From: an uncultured Chitinophagaceae bacterium
GTDB lineage: Bacteria; Bacteroidota; Bacteroidia; Chitinophagales; LD1
Assembly (NCBI GenBank): GCA_964537475.1
Contig: CAZIBY010000006.1
Coordinates: 154,641 to 218,640, forward strand
DNA length: 64,000 nt
Direction: 5' to 3'
The notes under the pieces: generated by a model
The model's input: the letters and a program-made list of their open reading frames with translations, nothing else
Database searches by the model: none
What the model was told of the DNA's origin: nothing
Shown here: positions 28,528 through 38,200 of the stretch, piece after piece
Numbering within the stretch: position 1 is the first letter of the stretch
Layout: every line of letters starts with the position of its first letter
Position numbers and translations under genes: made by a program

Positions 28528-29436
28528 ATGGCCTTGCCACCAAAAGTACGTATATCCCCCCGCTCGTCCCAATCTGTGTTTTGCCTCATCGCGGCGTTGA
28601 TTGTGTCTTTTAGTGTATCGGCACAGTACCACTCCCTGTGCTGGCGCATCACGGGTAGCGGCCTGAAGCAGCCGTCCTACCTGTACGGCACGATGCACGT
28701 CTCAGACAGAAGGGTTTTTAATTTCGGAGATAAGGTCATGAAAGCATTTGATGCGAGCAAGGCCTACGCCATGGAGCTGGACCCCGACAAGATGCTCAAT
28801 CCCGCCGTGGCTCTCTCGCTCATCATGAAGGATGGCAGCCGCATCAGCCAGATGTTGCCTGATTCTGATTACAGGTTTGCAGATTCAGTGGTCAGATCCA
28901 CCACGGGCATCGGCCTGGCACCTCTGGACAGGGTAGAGCCGGTACTCATCACCGCCATGCTGGAGGAGAGCAGTATGGGCGTGGCTACTACTGATACAGG
29001 TAATATGTCTGAAGAGATGGACCTTTACTTTTACCGGAAAGCTAAAAGCCAAAAGAAAAAGCAGATAGGCATCGAGACAGTGGACGAACAGATAGCTGCC
29101 CTCCATACACTCAGCTATCAGGAGCAGGCAGACCAGCTCAGGGATGCGATAGAGCAGATGCGCCATCCCGAAGGCGCTACCGATAAAGACTTGCTGAAAT
29201 ACTATATCGATCAAGACCTGGATAGCCTGCTGTCTATGAGTGATGATGCAAAGATGCCTGACAAGTTCTATAAGGCGCTGGTCACAGACCGCAATATCCG
29301 CATGGCAGACCGTATAGCGGAGTTTGTAAAAAAGCAGTCCACTTTTATCGCTATCGGCGCGCTGCACCTACCCGGCGAGGGTGGTGTGATAGAGTTGCTG
29401 CGCAGGAAAGGCTATAAAGTAGAAGAGTGGAAGTAA
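28528..29436 (+). CDS. TraB/GumN family protein (secreted)
   Basis: The signal-like N-terminus starts at the ATG at 28528 (MALPPKVRISPRSSQSVFCLIAALIVSFSVSAQ). WRITGSGLKQPSYLYGTMHV and IAIGALHLPGEGGVIELLRRKGYKV are typical GumN/TraB blocks. Confidence 0.7.
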   Translation: MALPPKVRISPRSSQSVFCLIAALIVSFSVSAQYHSLCWRITGSGLKQPSYLYGTMHVSDRRVFNFGDKVMKAFDASKAYAMELDPDKMLNPAVALSLIMKDGSRISQMLPDSDYRFADSVVRSTTGIGLAPLDRVEPVLITAMLEESSMGVATTDTGNMSEEMDLYFYRKAKSQKKKQIGIETVDEQIAALHTLSYQEQADQLRDAIEQMRHPEGATDKDLLKYYIDQDLDSLLSMSDDAKMPDKFYKALVTDRNIRMADRIAEFVKKQSTFIAIGALHLPGEGGVIELLRRKGYKVEEWK

Positions 29437-29451
29437 CTATTAAACCAGGAT

Positions 29452-30390
29452 ATGAAAACGAAACGCACCCTGCGCAGTAAAGTCTTACTGATTATTCTGA
29501 CAGGCTTTATCCTGCTCAATGCACTTGCCGCAGCACACGCTTATAAGTTTACTCACTTCTCTCATAGTGGTGTGAAGACAAAGGATGCGCGAAAGCTCTC
29601 TTTCGCAGAAAAGCTCCAAACCGTCGTCTTCGGTATCAATCACCCGCGCCCTGTCAATACCGTTACCCCGGAGCAGTCATATGAGACAGTCTACATTCAG
29701 AGCAATGTAAAGCTGCAAGGCTGGTATATACACACGGATAGTTCAAAAGGTACCGTTTTGCTTTTCCACGGATATAGCTCCAATAAATCAGCACTTCTTA
29801 ATCGTTCCGATGCCTTTCTGGAAATGGGATATGACGTATTGTTGGTTGACTTCATGGGGTCAGGCGGATCTGAGGGCAATGAGACCACGATAGGCTACAA
29901 GGAGGCTCAGAATGTAAAGGACTGCTACGACTATATCGCGAGTAGAGATAAGCACCCTGTTTACCTTTTCGGCAACTCTATGGGTTCTGCTGCTATCCTC
30001 AAAAGCATCCACGATTACAATTTTCAACCAGTAGGTATCATTATAGAATGCCCCTTTGGTTCGATGTATAAGACTACTTGCGCCAGATTCAGAGAGATGC
30101 ACGTACCTTTTTTCCCAATGGCCGGGCTGTTGATGTTTTGGGGTGGAGCGGAGTGTGACTTCTGGCCATTCAGTCACAATCCGCAGGATTACGCTTCAAG
30201 TGTAAATTGCCCGACACTACTCATGGCAGGCGGCCAGGATGACAAGGTGAGCAAGGAAGAAATAGACCTGATATATGCTCATCTCAATGGATCTAAGAGA
30301 TTGGTGACTTTTCCTATGGCGCGGCATGAAGACTACTTCAAACAGTATAAGACTGAGTGGATGAAAGAAGTGGCTACATTTCTACACTAG
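29452..30390 (+). CDS. Alpha/beta-fold hydrolase with N-terminal membrane anchor
   Basis: 312 aa. Oxyanion-type HGYSSN, nucleophile elbow GNSMGS, a later D and H (ARHEDYF), and an N-terminal hydrophobic helix. Confidence 0.8.
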   Translation: MKTKRTLRSKVLLIILTGFILLNALAAAHAYKFTHFSHSGVKTKDARKLSFAEKLQTVVFGINHPRPVNTVTPEQSYETVYIQSNVKLQGWYIHTDSSKGTVLLFHGYSSNKSALLNRSDAFLEMGYDVLLVDFMGSGGSEGNETTIGYKEAQNVKDCYDYIASRDKHPVYLFGNSMGSAAILKSIHDYNFQPVGIIIECPFGSMYKTTCARFREMHVPFFPMAGLLMFWGGAECDFWPFSHNPQDYASSVNCPTLLMAGGQDDKVSKEEIDLIYAHLNGSKRLVTFPMARHEDYFKQYKTEWMKEVATFLH

Positions 30391-30446
30391 ATCTCGACCA
30401 ATATTCCGCCATTGGCTGTGTACATTTTTCGTATTTTCCACCAGCG

Positions 30447-31772
30447 ATGGAACAACCACAATCTCTCAGTAAAACACTGACACCACTCCTGCTCTGGGGG
30501 CTGGGTGTGGGCTATGTGATCTCCGGTATGTATGTCGGCTGGAATCTCGGCCTGGAGCAGGGCGGTACGCTGGGCATGGCGGTAGCGACGGTCTTTGCTA
30601 TCATCATGTATAGTGCTTTCAGTTTCTCTTATTCAGAGTTGGCCTGCGCGATACCTAAGGCTGGTGGTGCCTTTGACTATGCGCGGAGGGCCTTGGGTAA
30701 TGATGTCGCTTTTATCACGGGACTGGCGCAGATCATAGAGTTTGTCTTTGCACCCCCCGCTATTGCCATCGGTATTGGTACTTATCTCCACCTGGAGTTT
30801 CCTTCACTCGATATCAAGACCGCCGCTATCGGTGTCTACGTCCTTTTCACAGCTCTCAATATCTATGGCGTGAAGGCTGCCGCTACCTTTGAGCTGATCA
30901 TCACCGTGCTGGCGGTGGGTGAGCTGCTGCTATTTGCAGGAGTCACACTACCACACTTTCATGCGGAGAACCTGACGCATAATCCGCTGCCCAATGGCTG
31001 GGCCGGTGCCTTTGCTGCGCTGCCGTTTGCTATCTGGTTCTTCCTCGGTATAGAGGGTGTAGCCAATGTGGCAGAGGAAACAAAGAATCCGCAGAAAGAT
31101 ATTCTCAAAGGCTTTGGCTGGGCGCTGGTGACTTTAGTAGTGCTGTGTATCCTCACCTTTGTAGCGGCAGTAGGTGTGGCCGGGTGGGAGAGCGTGGTCT
31201 ATCCTGACCTGGCCAATACGCATGTGACCTCTGACTCGCCGCTCCCACTCGCTATGGGCAGGGTGATCTCGCATGACAATATCCTGTACACTACGCTCAT
31301 CCGCATCGGCCTTTGCGGGCTTATCGCTTCGTTTCATGGGTTGATACTGGCATCGGGCCGGGCTACCTTTGAGTTTGGACGTGTGGGCTTTGCGCCCAGG
31401 TTCCTTGGCAAAGTCAGCAGCCGCTTTCAGACGCCTGCAGTGGCTTTGATCTTCAACTCATGTATAGGCATCGCGGCGCTACTGACCGGCAAGACCGGTG
31501 AGATCATCACTTTCTCCGTCCTCGGTGCACTGATATTATACAGCGTATCTATGATCAGTGTCATCCGGCTTCGCAGGTCGCAGCCCGGGCTGGAGCGTCC
31601 CTTTACGGTGCCCTTCTTTCCGGCTACGCCGGCTATCGCGCTGGTCATCGCCGCTGTATCGTTTGTAGCCGTCGTTTGGTATAATTTGCTGTTGTCTGCC
31701 ATATTTCTGGCTATCATTTTGGTGGCTTATTTTATATTTAGGCTTTTCAAGCCGCAAGTGCTGGAGCATTGA
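30447..31772 (+). CDS. APC-superfamily amino acid/amine permease, ethanolamine-permease-like
   Basis: About 12 predicted TM helices. The N-terminus LLLWGLGVGYVISGMYVGWNLGLEQGG matches my memory of the Eat (ethanolamine permease) family. I place the start at the ATG at 30447. Confidence 0.7.
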   Translation: MEQPQSLSKTLTPLLLWGLGVGYVISGMYVGWNLGLEQGGTLGMAVATVFAIIMYSAFSFSYSELACAIPKAGGAFDYARRALGNDVAFITGLAQIIEFVFAPPAIAIGIGTYLHLEFPSLDIKTAAIGVYVLFTALNIYGVKAAATFELIITVLAVGELLLFAGVTLPHFHAENLTHNPLPNGWAGAFAALPFAIWFFLGIEGVANVAEETKNPQKDILKGFGWALVTLVVLCILTFVAAVGVAGWESVVYPDLANTHVTSDSPLPLAMGRVISHDNILYTTLIRIGLCGLIASFHGLILASGRATFEFGRVGFAPRFLGKVSSRFQTPAVALIFNSCIGIAALLTGKTGEIITFSVLGALILYSVSMISVIRLRRSQPGLERPFTVPFFPATPAIALVIAAVSFVAVVWYNLLLSAIFLAIILVAYFIFRLFKPQVLEH

Positions 31773-31811
31773 TCTCCCGGCTGCGGTCACAGTCTAAACT
31801 TAACCAGTATA

Positions 31812-33170
31812 ATGACCACGAAAGAGATCCTCGCCTACGTCAAAAACCATCCCTCCGGCAAAGTAAAACTCGCGATAGCAGATATAGACGGCATCCTGCG
31901 CGGCAAGTATGTGTCTACAGAAAAATTCCTCGGTATAGCTGATAGCAACTTTGGTTTCTGCGATGTGGTCTTTGGCTGGGACGCAGGTGATGTGGCCTAT
32001 GACAATACGAGCTATACAGGCTGGCATACCGGCTACCCTGATGCAAAGGCCACGATCGATCTCTCTACTTTTCGCAAAATACCATGGGAGAATGATGTGC
32101 CTTTTTTCCTGGGTGAATTCATAGATCATAAAAATGATGCGCTGTATGTATGCCCGCGCCAGGTGCTCAAGAAGGTGATAGGCCAGGCAGAGAAGGAAGG
32201 CTTCAAACCTTACTTCTCACAGGAGTTTGAGTGGTTCAACTTTGAAGAGACGCCACAGTCCGCTGCTGCCAAAGGCTTCCGCGATTTACAGCCTTTGACG
32301 CCGGGTATGTTTGGCTACTCTATATTGAGGTCTACACTGCGCACGGACTACTTTACAGCCCTGTTTGATCAGCTCAAAAAATTTGATGTGCCGATAGAAG
32401 GCCTGCACACAGAGACTGGTCCGGGTGTGTACGAAGTGGCACTACTGTACGGCGATATACTAACTGCTGCAGACCGCGCTGTCCTTTTCAAAACCGCTGT
32501 AAAGGAGATAGCCTACAAGCATGGCATACTTGCCACCTTTATGGCGAAGATCAATGAGAACCTGCCGGGCTGCAGCGGCCACGTGCATCAGTCTCTATGG
32601 GATAGCAAATCATCGAAAAATCTCTTTCATAGTGATAAGGACAAGTCCGGCATGAGTGATCTGATGAAGAGCTACATAGCCGGTCAGCTCCACTGCCTGC
32701 CGCACATCCTGCCGATGGTAGCTCCTACGATCAACTCCTACAAGCGCCTCGTAGAAGGCGCCTGGGCGCCGACTACGGTGACATGGGCGGTAGATAATCG
32801 TACTGTAGCACTGCGCGCACTACCTGCCGGTAGCAAGTCTACCCGCCTCGAGACCCGTGTAGTGGGCAGCGACACTAATCCATACCTCGCGATGGCAGCC
32901 TGCCTCGCAGCAGGCCTCTACGGCATCCGCAAGAAACTCAAACTACAGCAACCTGCCACAGTAGGCAATGGCTACCGCGATGAGTCTAATGGCCGCTTCC
33001 CTAAGAATTTGCATGATGCTACTGTCGCTATGCGCGACTCACCAGTGGCAAAGGAACTCTTTGGTGAGAAGTTTGTCGAGCACTTTACGCAGACCCGTGA
33101 GTGGGAGTGGAGGCAATTCAGCCGCGTGGTGACAGACTGGGAGACGAAGAGGTATTTTGAGATCATCTAG
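31812..33170 (+). CDS. Glutamine synthetase family protein (gamma-glutamyl-amine ligase type; PuuA/GlnA3-4/FluG-like)
   Basis: 452 aa. N-terminal beta-grasp LAIADIDGILRGKYV and a catalytic domain with HTETGPGVYEV, GCSGHVHQSLW and NSYKRLV...WAP...WAVDNRT.ALR blocks of GS type I-like enzymes. Confidence 0.8.
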   Translation: MTTKEILAYVKNHPSGKVKLAIADIDGILRGKYVSTEKFLGIADSNFGFCDVVFGWDAGDVAYDNTSYTGWHTGYPDAKATIDLSTFRKIPWENDVPFFLGEFIDHKNDALYVCPRQVLKKVIGQAEKEGFKPYFSQEFEWFNFEETPQSAAAKGFRDLQPLTPGMFGYSILRSTLRTDYFTALFDQLKKFDVPIEGLHTETGPGVYEVALLYGDILTAADRAVLFKTAVKEIAYKHGILATFMAKINENLPGCSGHVHQSLWDSKSSKNLFHSDKDKSGMSDLMKSYIAGQLHCLPHILPMVAPTINSYKRLVEGAWAPTTVTWAVDNRTVALRALPAGSKSTRLETRVVGSDTNPYLAMAACLAAGLYGIRKKLKLQQPATVGNGYRDESNGRFPKNLHDATVAMRDSPVAKELFGEKFVEHFTQTREWEWRQFSRVVTDWETKRYFEII

Positions 33171-33211
33171 TTTGAGATGATAGACTTGAGATATGAGACA
33201 ATACAGGGCTG

Positions 33212-33655
33212 ATGTATAAGAAGGTTTTGCGGTTTTATCTATGGGCTACTCTCGGGCTCTGCACAGAGATATTTTTCACGGCCTTTACGGATCTGTTTAA
33301 TGCTATATCAGCGCACCGCGCACCCGACTGGAGCCTGACAGGACACACGTATGTCTGGATGATCTTTATCTATGGTGCCGGGTCTGTCATCTTTCCATTT
33401 GGGCATCATCATCTGAAGGGCTTTCACCTGCTGCTGCGCATCTTTATTGTAGCTATAGGGATCTTTGTGATCGAGTTCACCAGTGGCTTCACACTGGATA
33501 AGATACTGGGCCGATGCCCCTGGGAGTATTCCGGCCCATTTAGTATACTCGGCTATATCAGGCTGGACTACCTGCCGGCATGGATGATCTTTGCCTACAT
33601 GATAGAGCGCGCAGATGAGGTCTTTGATAAGATGGCGGGTACCTTTGAAGACTAG
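33212..33655 (+). CDS. Small polytopic membrane protein (possibly PF06541 'putative ABC-transporter type IV' family)
   Basis: 147 aa, 4 hydrophobic helices, TEIFFTAF near the N-terminus. Family assignment is weak. Confidence 0.4.
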   Translation: MYKKVLRFYLWATLGLCTEIFFTAFTDLFNAISAHRAPDWSLTGHTYVWMIFIYGAGSVIFPFGHHHLKGFHLLLRIFIVAIGIFVIEFTSGFTLDKILGRCPWEYSGPFSILGYIRLDYLPAWMIFAYMIERADEVFDKMAGTFED

Positions 33656-33658
33656 CTA

Positions 33659-35098
33659 TCACACACCCAGCTCTTCAAACTTCTCTCTCAGCCAGCCGGC
33701 ATCTGCTATCTGGGTTGTTTTCTCAAAGTCTTTTTTAAGCTCCTCTAGTGCTTTTTTGTCTCTTATGTCTATGCGTGAAAGCTCATTGATGAAATTGAGC
33801 AGGTTGATATAGTTTTTCCGATGCGAATCTGAGATAGTACGTTTGCGGCGCAGCAATGCGCGAAAGCTCGAGATAAGTGAGTGCAGCGCTGTATACTCAT
33901 CCATCTCATAGTAGGTCTTGATGAGGAGGGTCTTGGAGTCCAGCAGGTAGAAGACATCATCATATTCCACTCTCTGTAATAGCTTGAGCACGTCATCATA
34001 GCGGCGGATATAGAAATAGAACTTAGCGAGGTTGAAGGTATAGGCATTGCTGCGATTGGCTTTCGGCAGTTTCTCTTTATAGTCTTTGATGAACTTCTCT
34101 GTCCAGGTTTGTTCTTTGAGGCGCAGTCCGAGGGTGACAAGATTCTTATAGTCCCAAGGGGAGAGTTCATTTTTATCAAAGAGAATGTCCTTTTGCAGGG
34201 CGATATTATAGAGGTCAAATACTTCGTGGAGATAGTCCAGTTTGCCGCGGTTGATCTGCTTGACACAGAAGTTGATACTGAACACATAGGCGTCGCGCTC
34301 TGTAGCGGGAGGCATATCCGTAGCGGAATTAAGCAGGGCTCTGAGGTGCCGGTAGTGTGACTCGCCATCCTGCTCCCGCAGCATATAGTAGGTGTGGCAA
34401 TAAACTGCTATAGGCGGTATAGCGGCAAAGTTATCCCTGAGGCTCAGCGCCAGCACCGCCTCTATCATATCTATCTCCTGCTCCATGTGCAGTACATTGC
34501 GGTAGTGCTCTATGGCGCAGGCGTAGCGCAGGGTAGTGATGCAATAAAAGGCATTAAGGTTGAAGAGTACATTACTGATGTTCTTCTCTTGCGTTCGTTC
34601 CTTCTTTAGCTCGATGTATTGATTTAGCTCAGCCTCCAGCAGAAACTCATTGTAGTAGTGACCCGCATCTTTAGATCCTGAGCGCGACTGTACTATTTTC
34701 GCCAGAGAGTAGTTTACCTCAAAATGGCGCGTCAGTCCTCGTGTATTGATCTGGTGCAGAGTATCTGAAAGCCGATATGCATGATCTGCTTGGTACTTCT
34801 CATATGCCAGAAAGTCCTCAGTCAGCTTGAGCAGGTCGGAGATGGCACGACGCATTTTGACATCATCGTACCGCCCTGAGTATATAGACGAATACAAGAC
34901 TGCTTTATTGGGATAGGTATTGCCATTATCGATAGCTTTGGTCAGCACGGTGAGCAGCTTTGTGAGGCGCTCATCGGAATTGAAGTAAGGAGAGATGGTG
35001 AACTGGTAGAGGTGCCTGCGCTCCTGTGGAGAGAGGTTTTCCAGTACTGCCACCAGTTTGCTATCTTGTATCAGGGATTGTTTTTCGACTGAGAGCAT
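33659..35098 (-). CDS. Hypothetical all-alpha (TPR-like) protein, 479 aa
   Basis: A long ORF with no signal peptide or TM segment and helical-repeat-like composition throughout. No catalytic or DNA-binding motif recognised. It is divergent from the adhesin gene. Confidence 0.6.
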   Translation of the reverse strand: MLSVEKQSLIQDSKLVAVLENLSPQERRHLYQFTISPYFNSDERLTKLLTVLTKAIDNGNTYPNKAVLYSSIYSGRYDDVKMRRAISDLLKLTEDFLAYEKYQADHAYRLSDTLHQINTRGLTRHFEVNYSLAKIVQSRSGSKDAGHYYNEFLLEAELNQYIELKKERTQEKNISNVLFNLNAFYCITTLRYACAIEHYRNVLHMEQEIDMIEAVLALSLRDNFAAIPPIAVYCHTYYMLREQDGESHYRHLRALLNSATDMPPATERDAYVFSINFCVKQINRGKLDYLHEVFDLYNIALQKDILFDKNELSPWDYKNLVTLGLRLKEQTWTEKFIKDYKEKLPKANRSNAYTFNLAKFYFYIRRYDDVLKLLQRVEYDDVFYLLDSKTLLIKTYYEMDEYTALHSLISSFRALLRRKRTISDSHRKNYINLLNFINELSRIDIRDKKALEELKKDFEKTTQIADAGWLREKFEELGV

Positions 35099-35250
35099 AT
35101 TTTAAGAGTATTGTACAAATAATATACAAAATTGCTGTAAATCAATATAATATGTTATCTATTTGAAAACTATGAAGGTACAATATACAAATAATGAACT
35201 TGTTTTCCGCAGGGATGGTTTGTTCTTTTGTACCATCAAATAGTATCTAC

Positions 35251-38200
35251 ATGCAAACACAACCTACTATCAAAACAAAACGTAACTGCCGGACCCTGTC
35301 CACCACACTATTCCTGGTATTGTCACTTTGGGGTACAGCAGCTTTGGCGGGGTCCTCATACTACACGGTCTGCCAGAACGACTCGGTGTTCATCACGTCT
35401 TCAGGTGGCACGGGTGGCTGGGCGGCCTTTGCAGGCAATCCTACTGCCTCTAATGTCATGAACACTGGCCCGGATACCGCCAAGGTTTATGGGTTTTTAT
35501 CTTCCGGTGTGTATGGCTATATATGGAATGGTAGCACTGGTGCGGATACGGCATATGTGACTGTCAATGCCCTGCCTGTGGCCGATGCCGGCCCGGATCA
35601 GTCTATGTGCAGTGGGGACTTCGTGACAATCGGTGGCGCCCCTACCGCTGCCGGTGGATCTGGCAGCTATCAGTATCTATGGTCTCCGGCATCTGGCCTC
35701 TCCAGCGCTACAGTATCAAATCCTATCGCCTCGCCGGTGACTCTGACTACCTATACCGTGACCGTAGTAGACCAGGTATCCGGATGCAGTGCCGGTGATA
35801 CAGTGCATGTGGCAGTACATGCCAACCCCACAGTCTCAACTACTGTGACCAATAGCTTCTGCTACGGCCAGCCAGCACGTATCTGCGCGTCAGGCTCAGG
35901 TACTACGTATATATGGGCTACCGGAGCCACCACCACCTGTATCAATGTGTTGAGTTCAGCTACCTATACTGTGACTACTATTGATATCAATGGCTGCACT
36001 GCATCGGCTTCTACAAGTCTGTCGTACCCGGCTACGGCTTTTGCTGTGACTGCGACGCATACTGATGCACACTGCAGCACTGCAGACGGCAGCATCGTGC
36101 TGACATTGAGTGGAGGTACTGCACCATATAGCAGCGTGATATGGAGCGGTGGCCTGACGGGTACTAACCCGACGAATGTAGCGGCGGGTACTTATGGCTA
36201 TACTGTCAGCGACGCGAATGGCTGCCAGGTGAGCGATACTGTGCACGTATCACAATTGGGTAGCACACTATCGGTCTCAGACTCGGTAGTAAATGTATCC
36301 TGCTATGGTAGTGGTGATGCGCGGATCTTTAGCAGTGTGACAGGCGGTACGGCACCATACACATATCATTGGTCGAATTTCTTCACTACACCAGCTGTCA
36401 CACCACTACAGCCGGGTATCTACACACTCATTGTGACCGATGCTAATGGATGTACCGCTACGAGCATTGACACAGTCACGCAGCCGGCCAGTGCTTTCAC
36501 ATCCATTGCGACACATACTGATGCACACTGCAGCGCTGCAGACGGCAGCATCGTGCTGACATTGAGCGGAGGTACTGCACCATATGGCGCAGTAATATGG
36601 AGCGGTGGCCTGACGGGCACTAATCCTACGAATGTAGCGGCGGGTACTTATGGCTATACCATAAGTGATGCGAATGGCTGCCAGGTGAGCGATACGGTGA
36701 CGATCCTGCAGATAGGTAGCACCATAGCAGTTGCTGATTCAGCCTTCAACGTCACATGTAATAGTATGAATAATGGACGTATGGTCGCGCTGGCCTTTGG
36801 CGGTACCGGGCCGTATACCTACTCATGGTCAAATGGAGCCACCACACCGCAGATCACCGGTCTATCGCCTGGCACTTATAGTGTCACTGCTGCTGATGCG
36901 AGCGGCTGCACTGCCACGATATCAGATATCATTACGCAGCCGGCACCACTCATACTATCTATCACCAGTGTGACCAATGCTACCTGCAATGGACAAAATG
37001 ACGGCTCGGCATGTGTAACAGCCAGCGGAGGAACAGGAGGATATACCTATACATGGGCACCAGCCATGATCACTACGCCATGTATGAACGGCGCTCCCGC
37101 TGGCACCTATATGGTATCTGTGACGGACATGAATGGGTGCAGCACGACTGCCGCTGCGACCATCCTGCAGCCTGCAGCTATATCTGCCAGCCTGCTGGCA
37201 TCTAACGTGACCTGCGCTGATAGTGCAGACGGTATCGCATCTGTATCATCTGTCAGCGGGGGGACTGCTCCCTATACTTATCTCTGGACTACTTTTGCCA
37301 CTACAGATAGTATCACGGACCTCGGCCCCGGCTCTTATCAGATAGTGATCAGAGATACTAATGGCTGCGCGCTGCTGGACAGTGTGCAAATCACACAACC
37401 AGCGCCTATGGTCGTCACCATCACTGTGACCGACGAAACCTCTCCTGGTGCTAATGATGGCACTACGAGTGCGACTGTCACCGGAGGTACCGCACCATAT
37501 ATGTACATATGGGATAATGGAGCCGGATCCAACTCTTCCACTAATCTATCTGCGGGTAGCTATGCGCTCACCGTGATAGATGCCAACGCCTGCGGCATAA
37601 CAGATACCGCTATAGTGGGAACATGCACCACCTGCGTCTGGCCGGGAGATGCGGATGCCAATCTACTGGTAGATAATAATGACCTGCTGCCGATCGGCCT
37701 GGGCTATGATAGCACAGGACCTGCGCGCGCTGTGACCTCTATCGTCTGGCAGGGAAATCAGGCTACAGACTGGGCGCAGTCATTTGGCAGCTATACACCT
37801 GCGGTGAACTATAAGTATGCGGACTGCAATGGCGATGGCATGATCGACGCGACTGATACGACGGCTATCACGCAAAACTTCAGCCTGACACATAGCAAGA
37901 CCATCTATCGCAAGCCGTGGAGGGCAGGTGACCCTGTCATCTATCCGCTGCTGAGCAAAGATACGGTGGCCAACGGCGATACCCTCACAGTAGACATCCA
38001 TCTGGGTGATGTGTCGCTCACTGCTACTAACGTATATGGCCTGGCCTATACGATTAACTATGATCCTGCCGTGCTGGACACGACCAAGACCACTTTCACA
38101 TATGGCAGCTCATGGCTGGGTAGCTCCGCAGACATGATATCTATCAGTAAAGACCTGCCTGCCCAGGGTGTGATCAAAACGGCAGTGACCCGCATAGACC

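Noticed and set aside
33769-34368. 199-aa same-strand alternative-frame ORF inside the 479-aa hypothetical gene
   Set aside because: It is fully nested in a longer ORF with coherent helical-repeat composition. The nested frame is Ser/Cys/Thr/Arg-rich and low in complexity, as expected for an off-frame read.
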